Source of the DNA: Cytophagales bacterium | GTDB taxonomy: Bacteria; Bacteroidota; Bacteroidia; Cytophagales; ES-bin-26 | Assembly: GCA_014379925.1 (NCBI GenBank) | Contig: JACMKY010000100.1 | Coordinates: forward strand, 1-58,282 | DNA length: 58,282 bases | Reading direction: 5' to 3' | Shown here: one piece after another, positions 25,649 to 36,300 of the stretch | How positions within the stretch are numbered: position 1 is the first letter of the stretch | Layout of the letters: each line of letters begins with the position of its first letter | Position numbers and translations under genes: made by a program | Notes under the pieces: model-generated | The model's database searches: none | Told to the model about the DNA's origin: nothing | Seen by the model: the letters and a program-made list of their open reading frames with translations, nothing else

Positions 25649-25770
25649 TCGTACGAAAAACATACACCCGTACCGAATGGGCCCGCTTGGGTCTGCCGGT
25701 AAAAAAGCAAATCCCCAACTTTAGGTCGCGAAACGTTTTACGCTGGTCGTGGAACGGAAACCCCAGTCAC

Positions 25771-26679
25771 ATGAAAAAAACGTACCTCATTCTCCTCGCC
25801 GCCGCCGTGCTGGCGGGCTCAGGAACCGGATGCGAAAGCAACCGAATACCGGATCAACAGGCGTTTGCCGCCGCCGACACCACCACCAAGCCGACCACCG
25901 TCAAGGTTTCCAAGGAAGTGCTGTCGGACATCATCCAATCCATCCCCTCGCCGCTGGAAGTATCCTTTTTGATCAAGGACATGGGCGTCAAGTACGACAA
26001 GACGTCCCTCAACTCACTCAGCAACATTGCCAATTACAACACCAACTACCGGAAGGCATTGAACCTGGGCATCTACAGCACCGACCTGGGCTACGCCAAC
26101 GTGTACGGGCAAACGCAGGACGCCCTCAATTACGTGGGTTCGGTGAAAGAGATGGCCGACGGGTTGAGCATCGGACAGTTCTTCGATTTCGCCACCATCA
26201 AACGACTGGCCTCCAACAGCAGCAACCTCGACTCGCTGCTGCTGGTGACCACCACCAACTTCGAGAAGATCAACGTCCACCTGCAGGAACAAGATCGCGC
26301 CAACCTGAGCATCCTCATCCTGACGGGGGGCTGGCTGGAGGCTTTACACCTGACCTGCGAAGTGGTGAAGGACCACCCGAACGAGGCGCTCCGGGAGCGG
26401 ATCGGCGACCAGAAGGTGATCCTGGGCCGCTTGCTCACCCTGCTCAAATACTACGAAGCCGATCCCAGCATCCGCACGCTGCTGGCCGACCTGACGGAAA
26501 TGCAGAAGCATTACGACAAAGTGCAGGTGACCAAGGAATACAAGGAATCGACCACCAAGGAAGTAAACGGGATGCTGCAGGTGGTGGACAACAGCATCAC
26601 CAAGGTCACGGTGACCGACGAGGACCTGAACAACATCTCGGCTTCATCGGCCTCCATCCGAAGCAAAATCATCAATTAA
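25771..26679 (+). CDS. Hypothetical lipoprotein, predicted all-helical
   Basis: The ORF is open from 25462 (overlapping the ABC gene), but the Met at 25771 gives a lipobox MKKTYLILLAAAVLAGSGTGC. I recognise no family motif. It is co-directional with and close to the ABC gene. Confidence 0.75.
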   Translation: MKKTYLILLAAAVLAGSGTGCESNRIPDQQAFAAADTTTKPTTVKVSKEVLSDIIQSIPSPLEVSFLIKDMGVKYDKTSLNSLSNIANYNTNYRKALNLGIYSTDLGYANVYGQTQDALNYVGSVKEMADGLSIGQFFDFATIKRLASNSSNLDSLLLVTTTNFEKINVHLQEQDRANLSILILTGGWLEALHLTCEVVKDHPNEALRERIGDQKVILGRLLTLLKYYEADPSIRTLLADLTEMQKHYDKVQVTKEYKESTTKEVNGMLQVVDNSITKVTVTDEDLNNISASSASIRSKIIN

Positions 26680-26701
26680 ATCCGAATTATTCGTACACGA
26701 C

Positions 26702-27139
26702 ATGAGAACCGCAAGTAAATCGTTAGGGGCGTTTTTGGTGCTTTTCTTCGCTGGTTCGGTGGCTTTTGCCCAGTGTGAGGCGGACAAGTTCACCATCAAG
26801 TGCATGGAAAAGCTGGCGACCGGCTACACGTTCATGAAAAGCTACAAGATCGACGGCAACGGGGGAAGCAAACCCAAGGTGGAGTATTCGTACGTGTTCA
26901 GCAAGGGAACCAACTACATGGTCACGCTGGCCAACAAGGACCCGGAGTTGAAGGGAATGTCGCTGAGCCTCTACGACTCGAGCCGTCGGCTGGTGGCTTC
27001 CAACAAGGTAGACAACAAGTATTTTTCGGCCATCGGCTACACCTGCGGGGCCACGGGCATTTATTACTTAACTTTTACTTTCGACGAGACCCAGGACTAC
27101 TGCGCCGCCGCCGTGCTGGGATTCAATTCGAAGAAATAA
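26702..27139 (+). CDS. Small secreted Cys-containing hypothetical protein
   Basis: 145 aa with signal peptide LGAFLVLFFAGSVAFAQC and four further Cys. It starts 22 nt after the lipoprotein gene and a terminator follows. Confidence 0.7.
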   Translation: MRTASKSLGAFLVLFFAGSVAFAQCEADKFTIKCMEKLATGYTFMKSYKIDGNGGSKPKVEYSYVFSKGTNYMVTLANKDPELKGMSLSLYDSSRRLVASNKVDNKYFSAIGYTCGATGIYYLTFTFDETQDYCAAAVLGFNSKK

Positions 27140-27176
27140 GCCGTCGGCGGGCGGAAGTTGACCGCAGGGTAAATAA

Positions 27177-27212
27177 CAAAAAACCGCTCAGGTTGCTGGA
27201 GGGGTTTTTTGG
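27177..27212. terminator. Probable bidirectional intrinsic terminator between convergent genes
   Basis: AAAAAACCGCTCAGG-TTG-CTGGAGGGGTTTTTT forms an imperfect stem (one mismatch, one G-U) flanked by an A-run and a T-run. Confidence 0.5.
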
Positions 27213-27236
27213 TTTCGTTGAAAGCGGATGGTTTTC

Positions 27237-28160
27237 CTACACGTTCATCAGCGATTCCCGTCGGCGCATTTTTCCCGCCGGAATCCCGAACATCATCTTG
27301 AAACGGCGGCAGAAGTAGGCGGTGTCCTTGTAGCCTACCTCGGCCCCGATTTCCCGGATGCTTTTCTTGGTCGTGCGCAACAGATTGACCGCCGCTTCCA
27401 TGCGTTGGTATTCGATGTAGTCCTGCGGATTGATGCCCGTGAGCATCTTGAAATACTGCCCTACGTAGTCTTCCGATACGTTGGCCACGCCCGCCAGCAC
27501 CTTGTTGGACAAGTCCCCCCCCAACTGGTCCTTGATGTAGGCGAAGATATCGATCAGCCGCGGGTCCTTGAAATACGTGCTGTTGGTAGCCAGTTGTTCG
27601 ACGAAGAGGCGGTTGGCCAGGATGTAGCGGATCACCTCCACGACAATTTCTTCGGTTTTGATTTTGATGATCCGGCCCCGGCCCGGCAACTCCTGCAGTT
27701 CTTCGGAAATCACTTCGTGAATGACGCGGGCCAGGTGCGGGGAGTCGCGGATCACGAACGGCGGGATGTCGAGGGAAGCGAAGAAATTCACCGAATCAAA
27801 CACTTTGGCCTCGAAGGTGATGTAACCGAACGAATCCGGCAGGGTGCCCACCTTTCCCAAATCCTTGTTGACCCCGAAATATTTTTCTTTGTTGCCCATG
27901 AATTCCTCGTTGGTCAGCCCAACCGGCTGTTGGTGACCGTAGCTGATGGAAAGCATCTTGCCGCCGGGAATGAACAGGATTTCTCCCTCTTCCACCTTTT
28001 CCCTTTCTTTTCCAAAGTCGATACTGCCCTTGTACGACAGGACGATGGTGTTTTCCACGTCGTAAGAATTCCGGATGTTGACGTGCTGTAACACCTTGAT
28101 GTTCTTAGCTTTAATGAATCTAACTCCCAGCGATTCGATTATTTTATTGTAATCTTCCAT
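27237..28160 (-). CDS. AraC family transcriptional regulator
   Basis: The Met at 28160 (MEDYNKIIESLG) avoids an implausible hydrophobic extension. The C-terminal double HTH reads LSNKVLAGVANVSEDYVGQYFKMLTGINPQDYIEYQRMEAAVNLLRTTKKSIREIGAEVGYKDTAYFCRRFK. Confidence 0.88.
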   Translation of the reverse strand: MEDYNKIIESLGVRFIKAKNIKVLQHVNIRNSYDVENTIVLSYKGSIDFGKEREKVEEGEILFIPGGKMLSISYGHQQPVGLTNEEFMGNKEKYFGVNKDLGKVGTLPDSFGYITFEAKVFDSVNFFASLDIPPFVIRDSPHLARVIHEVISEELQELPGRGRIIKIKTEEIVVEVIRYILANRLFVEQLATNSTYFKDPRLIDIFAYIKDQLGGDLSNKVLAGVANVSEDYVGQYFKMLTGINPQDYIEYQRMEAAVNLLRTTKKSIREIGAEVGYKDTAYFCRRFKMMFGIPAGKMRRRESLMNV

Positions 28161-28240
28161 GAACAGGCACGAAGTTAAGAAGTCAGGGATTTCACTTATT
28201 TGGACAAATCTAATAGAAACGTGTAATATATAAAAGCGCA

Positions 28241-28278
28241 TAAAAAAAGTGTGCACTTTTATTTAGCGCGCACACTTT
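28241..28278 (-). terminator. Rho-independent terminator of the acyl-CoA dehydrogenase gene
   Basis: 9-bp stem AAAGTGTGC / GCACACTTT (28246-28254 / 28270-28278) with a 15-nt loop. On the minus strand it is followed by a T-run. It lies about 30 nt past the stop at 28309. Confidence 0.7.
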
Positions 28279-28308
28279 AAACTTTTTGAAGGCGGACCTT
28301 TTAATGCA

Positions 28309-29448
28309 TCACTTGAGTATCTCCCGGGATATCACTATTTTCTGAATCTCGGACGTTCCCTCGTAGATCTGGGTGATTTTGGCGTCGCGCATCAGTCGCT
28401 CCACGTGGTATTCCTTCACGAAGCCGTACCCGCCGTGGATCTGCACGGCTTCCACGGTGGTTTCCATGGCCACGCGGGAAGCAAACAACTTGGCCATGGC
28501 CCCCGCCTTGGTGTAGTCCCCGTGGGTGTCTTTCAGGTAAGCGGCCTGCAGGCACAGCAGCCGCGCCGCGTCGATGTGGGTGGCCATGTCGGCCAACTTG
28601 AATTGGATGGCCTGGTGCTGGGCGATTTCCTTGCCGAAGGCCTTGCGTTCCTTGGCGTACTGCAGCGACAGTTCGTACGCCCCCGAGGCAATGCCCAGGG
28701 CTTGGGCGGCAATGCCGATCCGTCCCCCGTTGAGGGTGGCCATGGCAAACTTGAAGCCGAAACCGTCGTCGCCGATGCGGTTTTCCTTCGGCACCTTCAC
28801 GTCGGTAAACATCAGTGAATGGGTGTCGGAGCCACGAATGCCCAGTTTGTTTTCCTTCCGGCCCACCACGAACCCGGGGGCACCTTTTTCGACGAGGAGG
28901 GCGTTGATTCCCCGGTGGCCCTTCTCGGGATACGTTTGGGCCATCACCAGGTAAACCGACGCGGTGCTCCCGTTCGTAATCCAGTTTTTGGTGCCGTTCA
29001 GCAGGTAGTAATCGCCCAGGTCCGTGGCCGTCGTCTTCTGCGAGGTGGCATCGGAACCGGCTTCGGGTTCCGACAGGCAGAAGGCGCCGATGATTTCGCC
29101 GGTAGCCAGGCGCGTCAGGTACTTCCGTTTTTGCGCTTCGGTTCCGTAGGTTTCCAGGCCCCAGCAGACGAGCGAATTGTTGACCGACATGACCACCGAG
29201 GCGGACGCATCCACCTTGGAGATTTCTTCCATGGCCAGCACGTAGGCGATCGTGTCCAGACCGCCACCCCCGTACTTGGGGTCTACCATCATGCCCATGA
29301 AACCGAGCTCACCCATCTTGCGCACCTGTTCGGCGGGAAAGGTCTGGTGTTCGTCCCGCTCAATCACTCCCGGCAGGAGTTCGGTCCGGGCAAAATCGCG
29401 GGCAGCGGCCTGCACGGCAAGGTGTTCCTCGGAGAGTTGAAAACTCAT
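28309..29448 (-). CDS. Acyl-CoA dehydrogenase (short/butyryl-chain type)
   Basis: The Met at 29448 gives a 379-aa protein starting MSFQLSEEHLAVQAAARDFA. It contains GAFCLSEPEAGSD and GGYGFVKEYHVERLMRDAKITQIYEGTSEIQ, which carries the catalytic Glu region. Confidence 0.93.
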   Translation of the reverse strand: MSFQLSEEHLAVQAAARDFARTELLPGVIERDEHQTFPAEQVRKMGELGFMGMMVDPKYGGGGLDTIAYVLAMEEISKVDASASVVMSVNNSLVCWGLETYGTEAQKRKYLTRLATGEIIGAFCLSEPEAGSDATSQKTTATDLGDYYLLNGTKNWITNGSTASVYLVMAQTYPEKGHRGINALLVEKGAPGFVVGRKENKLGIRGSDTHSLMFTDVKVPKENRIGDDGFGFKFAMATLNGGRIGIAAQALGIASGAYELSLQYAKERKAFGKEIAQHQAIQFKLADMATHIDAARLLCLQAAYLKDTHGDYTKAGAMAKLFASRVAMETTVEAVQIHGGYGFVKEYHVERLMRDAKITQIYEGTSEIQKIVISREILK

Positions 29449-29629
29449 CCCGGGAGAAGTGAGGGTGGATACGGCCATGGACGAAATAAGGGGGAAAAGG
29501 GGTGAAACCGCGCAGCAACTGGTCTTCAAATTTATCCCTAAAATCCCGAAGTTACAACTGCCCGCGCGGCCGCGCCAACCCAACCGGGAAGCGCGAGCTC
29601 GTGGCGGATGGGCAACCGATGCCGTTCCG

Positions 29630-30754
29630 TTAGCTTTGTTCCGCGAAATACATATCCACCTCGCCCTTGTTCTTGGCGGAGATCCGACCCCGGTGGGTAC
29701 ACGTGAATTGATCCTTCACCAACGCGTAGGTAGCCCCCGAGATGTTCACCTTGCCGGTTTGTCCGCTCGATTCCATCCGGCTGGCGATGTTGACCGCATC
29801 GCCCCAAATGTCGTAGGCGAACTTTTTTTTCCCCACCACGCCCGCCACCACGGGTCCGGTATGGATGCCCACGCGCAATTCCCAGGCTGGCTCGCCCCGG
29901 GCGATTTTCTCGGCGTTGATTCCTTCCATGAAGGCCTGGATGGCCAGGCCCGCCCGCACGGCATCGCGGGCGTGCGAAGAATTCGCCACCGGAATTCCTC
30001 CCGCGCACATGTAGGAATCGCCGATGGTCTTGATTTTTTCCAGGTTGTGCCGTTCCGTGATGTCGTCGAAGGCCACGAAGCAACGGTTCAGTTCTTCCAC
30101 CAGCGTCTGCGGTGGGAGCTGTTCGGCGATCCGGGTGAAGTCCCGGAAGTCGGTGAAGAGCACCGATGCCGACGCGTAGTGCTTGGGCGTGGCGAACCCC
30201 TGGTCCTGCAACTCCCGGGCGGTTTCGGCGGGCAGGATGTTGAGCAGGAGGGCTTCGATCTGCTCCTTCTGGCGATTTACCTCGGCCGTGCGTTCCACCA
30301 CCTTGTGTTCCAGGGTTTCGTTGGCCTGTTGCAACTCCCCGATCAACTGGCGGTTCCGGCGGCGCAGCGACAAGGCCTCCATGGCGTTGTCGATGGTAAT
30401 CTTCAGCTCATCCTTGTCCCAGGGCTTGGTGATGTAGCGGTATACCTTGCCGGTGTTGATGGCTTCGATGATGGCTTCCACGTCGCTGAAGCCAGTCAGG
30501 ATCATGCGGATGTTTTCGGGTTCCTCGGGCAGTTGTTGCAGGAACTGGATGCCCGTCATGTTGGGCATGCGCTGGTCGGTGATGACGAGGGAAATGGTTT
30601 CCCGTTCGATGATGTCCAGGCCTTCTTTCCCGGAAACGGCCGTAAAAATGGAGTAAAACCGCCGGAAAGCCGACTTGAAGACCAACAGGTTGTCGGCCTC
30701 GTCGTCTACGTAAAGAATCTTGTGTTTTTCGCTGACAGCTTCCATAACGAACAA
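29630..30754 (-). CDS. Response-regulator receiver fused to a class III adenylate cyclase
   Basis: The REC domain has KILYVDDEADNL and LVITDQRMPNMTG, followed by a coiled-coil linker. Cyclase motifs are SVLFTDFRDFT, EKIKTIGDSYM and YDIWGDAVNIASRME. The Lys/Asp specificity pair points to ATP as substrate. Confidence 0.9.
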   Translation of the reverse strand: MFVMEAVSEKHKILYVDDEADNLLVFKSAFRRFYSIFTAVSGKEGLDIIERETISLVITDQRMPNMTGIQFLQQLPEEPENIRMILTGFSDVEAIIEAINTGKVYRYITKPWDKDELKITIDNAMEALSLRRRNRQLIGELQQANETLEHKVVERTAEVNRQKEQIEALLLNILPAETARELQDQGFATPKHYASASVLFTDFRDFTRIAEQLPPQTLVEELNRCFVAFDDITERHNLEKIKTIGDSYMCAGGIPVANSSHARDAVRAGLAIQAFMEGINAEKIARGEPAWELRVGIHTGPVVAGVVGKKKFAYDIWGDAVNIASRMESSGQTGKVNISGATYALVKDQFTCTHRGRISAKNKGEVDMYFAEQS

Positions 30755-30910
30755 TTGCCAATTAACGGTGAACAGTAAACAACGAAACGCGTAGCTACCG
30801 CGCGCGTCGCCGATGAGGTGCGTTTAAAGCACGGATAACCAACGGGTACGCTGCCGATACATATGCCTCACGAAGCATGGTTAAGCAGTAACAAACGACG
30901 TTTAGACTTC

Positions 30911-30978
30911 CCCCCCGTCGACGCAACGCAGCAACGCTACTCATCAACTCCTTTACTCATCAACTCATCCACTCCCTT
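30911..30978. repeat. Copy A of the dispersed intergenic repeat
   Basis: The sequence CCCCCGTCGACGCAACGCAGCAACGCTACTCATCAACTCCTTTACTCATCAACTCATCCACTCCC ends 2 nt from the stop codon of the histidine kinase gene. Confidence 0.75.
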
Positions 30979-30980
30979 TC

Positions 30981-33248
30981 TCAGCCGTTGACGCTCAACG
31001 GTTCGTTGTTGAGGGGAATCTCAATGATAAACTCGGTGCCCTGGCCCGGTTCGCTTTCGACGCGGATGTTGCCCCGGTGCTTCTCGATGATGCCGTACGT
31101 GATGGACAACCCCAGGCCGGTGCCTTCCCCCACGCCCTTGGTGGTGAAGAACGGCTCGAAGATCCGCCGTTTCACTTCCTCCGTCATTCCCTTGCCCGAG
31201 TCGCGGATGGCAACCTCCACCCAGTCCCGGCCCACCTGACGGACGAGCCCGGTTCGGATGCGGATGGTTCCTTTTTCGGGGATCGATTGAATGGCGTTCA
31301 CCAGGATGTTCATGAATACCTGATTGAGCTGACCGGGGTAGCAGTTGACCAGGGGAATCGCGCCGTATTCCTTCACAATCCGAATCCGGTCCTTGAGTTG
31401 GCTGGAAAGAATGGTGAGCGTGGAATCCAGCCCTTCGTTGAGGTCGGCTTTTTTGAGGGCGTCCTCGTCGAGGCGCGTAAAATTGCGCAGGCTCTTGACG
31501 ATTTCCGTGGTGCGCACGGCCCCGTTCTTGATGCTCTGAAACAACTGTTCCGATTCCTCCACGAGTTCCTCCACGTCGGCTTCTTTTTTGAGCCGGGTCA
31601 GCCGCCCGAGTTTTTCCCGGTTGTCTTCCCCGGGTTGAAGGGCAAAGTATTCCTTGGCCAGGCGGATGATGTCCTGGTAGTTGGCCTTGAGCGAATCAAT
31701 GCCGGCCGAGACGAAGTTGATGGGATTGTTGATTTCGTGGGCCACGCCGGCCGTCAGCTGGCCGAGCGAAGCCATCTTCTCCGACTGCACCAGTTGCGTC
31801 TGGGTGGTCTTGAGGTTTTCCAGCGTCACGCTCAGCTCTTCGTTGACCTGGTTGAGGTGCCGGTTGGTGGCTTGCAGTTCGCGGGTACGTTCTTCCACCT
31901 GCACCTTCAATTCCTGTTTCTGCAGTTCGATCAGCTTGTACTTTTCCACCTCCTGCCGCAGGGATTGCTTGGACAAGCGGCCCACCTCCATCAACTGCGC
32001 TTCCAGTTTGTGGTTGGTGCGGGCGGTCTTGCGCGCCAGGTAAATGGCCGTGGCAACGGGAATGCTGAGCAGACCGGCGTACGAGACAATCGCTTCCGTG
32101 GCCTGCGAGGTGGCCAGGACGTCCGTACGTTCGAGGAAGAGGAAGAGCACAAAAATGGCAAATCCCATCACCCCCCGGCCAATGATGCCGGCGTCGTGCC
32201 GGCGCTTCCACAGGGCCTGTCCGATCACCCGCAGTCCTTCCAGGGTACTGGCCAGGATGAAGCCCGACAAAGCGTACTGATCAATGGTTTTGCCAAGCCC
32301 GCGCCAGACCAGCAGGCCACACAACAACCCGCCCGCCAAGGCAATCCACTTGAACTGCCGGGGCAGGGAAGTTTGGAAAACCGAATACAAAAAGGCGTTG
32401 TAGGAAACGAAAATCAGGGACAGAAAGAAGGGTTCCCGGAGGAGGTGGTACCAAATGCCACTCTCGACCTGATGCGCGTTGCTTTGTAGAAACTGAAGCA
32501 GAAAATAGCCGGCCATGCTGCCGGTGAAAATGCTGTACCAGAGATTCTCCCGGCCGCGGGCGTAGAAGACGTACAACAGCAGGTGCAGGAAAGCGAAGGA
32601 AATGAGAATGCCAAACAAGGGCATCTCAAAAACGGCCGATTTCCGCTCCCGGGTCACTTGTTGGTCAACTGCTTTGCTCAGGTCCGCCAACCGGGCGTTG
32701 AATCCCGCGTAGCGAGCCCGCGAACCGTACCGGGCGCGGATGGCTTCCGCTTTTTCGAACGAGTAGCGAACGGCCAGCAGGTGCCTCGTTTGCCCGTTCA
32801 GGGAGAGGGCTACCGGAAAGTTATTGGGGTTGTAGGTCCGTTCCTCTCCCTGGTAAGAAGCCACCACGCCGAAACTGCGCACCAGTTGGCCGTCCAGGTA
32901 GATTTCGGAAGCCCCGTCGTGGGACAATTGCAGGGCCACCGTGCCGTTCCGGAGCGTAGAATCGATTTCCAGCCACAACCGGAACCAGCCAATTCCCGGC
33001 CAGGTGTTCGGGGGCAGTCGGTCGAGGGAAAACCGCGGGGCCAGGTTGGGCCAGCCCTGATCATTCCAGGAAGGTTTCGACCACTCGAAATCATCGCCGG
33101 CCCCGTATTTCCAGGGCAGTCGGCTCAAGTCGACGAAATCCTTCTCGCGCAGGCTGTCGGCCGAGACGTACGCCCGGTTCGACTGCCCCCGCGCCGGAAC
33201 GAGGCCGAGCCCCGTGGCAAGCAAACAAAGGGTAATCCATGCGCTCAT
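30981..33248 (-). CDS. Sensor histidine kinase with 7TMR-DISM extracellular and 7-TM modules
   Basis: The Met at 33248 gives a signal peptide MSAWITLCLLATGLGLVPARG. A periplasmic jelly-roll-like region (WPGIGWFRLWLEID...SEIYLDGQLV) is followed by about 7 TM helices and a coiled coil. The kinase core has H-box GVAHEINNPINF and G-boxes RDSGKGM and GEGTGLGLS. Confidence 0.88.
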   Translation of the reverse strand: MSAWITLCLLATGLGLVPARGQSNRAYVSADSLREKDFVDLSRLPWKYGAGDDFEWSKPSWNDQGWPNLAPRFSLDRLPPNTWPGIGWFRLWLEIDSTLRNGTVALQLSHDGASEIYLDGQLVRSFGVVASYQGEERTYNPNNFPVALSLNGQTRHLLAVRYSFEKAEAIRARYGSRARYAGFNARLADLSKAVDQQVTRERKSAVFEMPLFGILISFAFLHLLLYVFYARGRENLWYSIFTGSMAGYFLLQFLQSNAHQVESGIWYHLLREPFFLSLIFVSYNAFLYSVFQTSLPRQFKWIALAGGLLCGLLVWRGLGKTIDQYALSGFILASTLEGLRVIGQALWKRRHDAGIIGRGVMGFAIFVLFLFLERTDVLATSQATEAIVSYAGLLSIPVATAIYLARKTARTNHKLEAQLMEVGRLSKQSLRQEVEKYKLIELQKQELKVQVEERTRELQATNRHLNQVNEELSVTLENLKTTQTQLVQSEKMASLGQLTAGVAHEINNPINFVSAGIDSLKANYQDIIRLAKEYFALQPGEDNREKLGRLTRLKKEADVEELVEESEQLFQSIKNGAVRTTEIVKSLRNFTRLDEDALKKADLNEGLDSTLTILSSQLKDRIRIVKEYGAIPLVNCYPGQLNQVFMNILVNAIQSIPEKGTIRIRTGLVRQVGRDWVEVAIRDSGKGMTEEVKRRIFEPFFTTKGVGEGTGLGLSITYGIIEKHRGNIRVESEPGQGTEFIIEIPLNNEPLSVNG

Positions 33249-33326
33249 TGGCAGCGTGTACAGTTTAGTCGTTGGCGGTTGGCCAAGTAGTCGGGGCGTC
33301 CTTGCCATCCCCAACGGGGCGTTTCC

Positions 33327-36300
33327 TCAGTTCCGGGTTTCGTCCGTTGCTTGCCGCAGGGCCGCCAGCTGCTTGTTCTGGGCCCGCAACCGCCGGCAGA
33401 GGATTTTCAGGATCTCGCGGGTTACTTCAATGCGGTCGGCCATGATTTCGTAGAAGGTGGGCTGATCCAGGCGCAGCAACAGCGTATCTTTCAACGCCGT
33501 CACGGAAGCAGAGCGCGGTTCGGGATCGAGCAGGGAAAGCTCCCCGAAAAAATCCCGCCCGGAGAGCTCGGCCAACGTGTACCCGCCGTCGTGAACGCGC
33601 ACGGCCCCTTCGTGGATGATGTACATGCAGGTGCCCACCTCGTCCTTCTCGAACACCCGCTCACCGGCCTTCACGGATACTTCCCGGACAATGGCGGCAA
33701 TGTCCACCAGCACCTCCTCGGAAGTTTCGGCAAAAATAGGGATGGTTTTGAGAACCATGACTTTCTCGACGGTCAGGAGGCTGGTATTCATCGGCTGGTG
33801 GCTAAATTGTTTGACGGCGCTTCCGGTTGGAGCACCGTTGCGGGACAGAGAGGAAGTATACTCGGGATGCAGGTGGGTGAGGGTCCACCAGGCCGTTTCG
33901 GCAATGAGCGGCTCCGACCGGGCGGTGGCTTCCTCGAACACCCGCGCTACTTCCTCCCGGAGCGAGGCCAGGGAAAGCGCCCGGATGGTGAACAGGGCCA
34001 CGGCCCGCGTCCAGGACCCGACGGCGGGTTCCTTTCCCAGCACCAGACACCGCAGGTAGTCGGGCAGGTTCCGTTTCGGATGGGGGAAGTGGGCCCCCAA
34101 CTGCCTGGTCAACCGGGACCCGGGCAAGTCGTCGAACAGGGGCAGCAGGGTCTGGTGCAGTTCCTTGGACAGCAGCACGTCGAGCATCTCCAGCGCGTTG
34201 GCCCGCTTTTCGGGCACCCGCAGGCTGTCCCGGGCCCGCAGGATGATGGAGGCATCGTAGACGAAGGAAAGCAGCCCCAGGAGTCGGTTCTTCAATTGCC
34301 CAAGCTCCTCCCGCAAAGCCGCCCCCATCTTTTCCAGGTCCGCCGCCGGATCGGGCGGGTATGCCTCCAGGGCCTGCCCCGCGTTCAGGTACCAGGCCGC
34401 ATCCGTCAATTCGGCCCGAATGACGTTCAGCACCGTTTCCCGCTCGCGGCCGACCGCCTGGTAGCGGGCGGTTGCCAGCGAATGGAGTACCTGGTTGCGG
34501 ACCGCCACCACCGGGTGGTGCAGGTGAGCCTTCAGCAGATCGATCGCGGACGGTCCCCCGATCCGGCCCGCGACGTGGCTCAGGCGGCGCAGCCGCCCGG
34601 CATCGGTGCCGGAAACCGCTCCGGAGCGGGCAAACTCTTTTTCGAACGCCGGCATGACGGCTTCGCCCGCTTCCACCAGCGAACGGCTGGCGGCCTCGAA
34701 CACCGGCGACCAACCCACGGCCCGGATCATGAGCGGGAACAGGCGCGGGTTGCGGATGCTGCCGCAGGCCCGCAGCGCCGCCAGGCGCACCTCCGTAGCC
34801 GGGTCCTGCAGCAGGCCGAGCAGCGGATGGTAGAACTGAGCAATGCCCACTTCGCCGATCACCGCCGCCGCCAACGTCCTTTCTTCGGGAAGGGAGGAGA
34901 CGATCAAGCGGGTCAGGTACCCGCCCGCCACGATCACCCCGCTGATCCCGCCCGATCGGATCAGACCGACCAGGGCTCCTTTCCGGGCCTCACCATCCGG
35001 GTGTTCCAGCCACGGGCTGATTTCATCGATCACCTCCGATTCGCCCAGCGCGCAGTAGGTGCGGATGGCGGTCTTGCGGATGGCCGGCACGGCTTCGTGG
35101 TTCATCCGTTCCCGCACGGCCGTTTGCAGGCCGGTCAGCTTGAGGCACTCCACTTGGCTGAGGGCTTCCTGACGCACTTCCGGGGTAGGGTGCGTCAGCA
35201 GTACCGCCAGGAAACGGTCCGGCGAAAGGTTGGCCTTGGTGAGCAGGCTCATCGCGTAGAGCACTTCGCCCGGGTGATCACTGCGTAGTTTGTTCCGCAC
35301 CAGTTCGAGGGAAGCGGCATCGTTGAGCACCAGGGAACTGCCCCGCAGCAAGCGGTTGGCCAGGGCTTCGCCCAGCGTCCGCAGGTACGCCCGATTGGCC
35401 AACGTCAGCAGCACCAGCCAACCCGCCAGCACGGCAAACAGCAGCCCGTTGACGAAGGCAAGCCCAAAAAAATCCGACCGGGTCAGTCCCAGCAGCACCA
35501 GCCCGGTCAGTCCCACGGCGAAGGCTTCCACGAAGCTGATGGCATCGTGGGCCGTGAGGCGCAACCGCTTCGACAAAGGTTGCAAAAGGGTCAGGAAGGC
35601 GGCGTCGTAGAGGGAATTTTTCAGGGCTTTGCTGATAAACATCATGCCCACCCATACCCACAGCACGGCCGTGGCGGTCGAACTGGCCAGGCCCGCCGCC
35701 ATGCCGACGAGCGTGGCGGCCAGCAGGCCCAGGGGAAGAACCATCAGGGCCAGGTGGATGCCAAACCGGCTCGTCAGGCGGCTGTAGAGCGCCGTCTTCA
35801 CCAGAAAAGAGACCAGTTCCGCCAATCCGAAGAAAATTCCCAAGAAAGCCGCGATGCGCGTCTGTTCCCGGAACTGATCCTGCACCTGGCTCAGGAAGGC
35901 GAAGTCAACGAAGATGGCCGCCACCGTGGCGAAAAGGGTAACCAGACCAAGCAGCCGGATAAAGTCGTTGCGAAGGAGGCCCGGCGGCGCGGCGGATTCC
36001 GCGTCCGTTTCGGCGGCTTCCAGGTGCGATCGTCTTTTTTGGATGATCAGGCCCAGGCAGAGCAGGGAAAGCCCGAATCCCCCCACTGAGATCCACAGCA
36101 GGTTGGGGGCCCCGATGGAAGACACCAACGCCGACGCCAGCAGGTACCCCGTTACGCTGGCCGGCAATTCGCCCGAGCCCACCACCCCGAGCAGCCGCTT
36201 GCTCTGTCGCACGTCGAACAGCAGGGCGGACAAGCGCACGAAATCGGAATTGGTGAGCAAGACCATCACCCGGTGCCAGACCATGAGGGCGAAGGCCAGC

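Noticed and set aside
25462-25770. An upstream extension of the lipoprotein ORF would make a 405-aa product.
   Set aside because: The extension overlaps the last 187 nt of the ABC transporter gene and translates to R/P/G-rich text. The internal Met at 25771 gives a textbook lipobox signal peptide.
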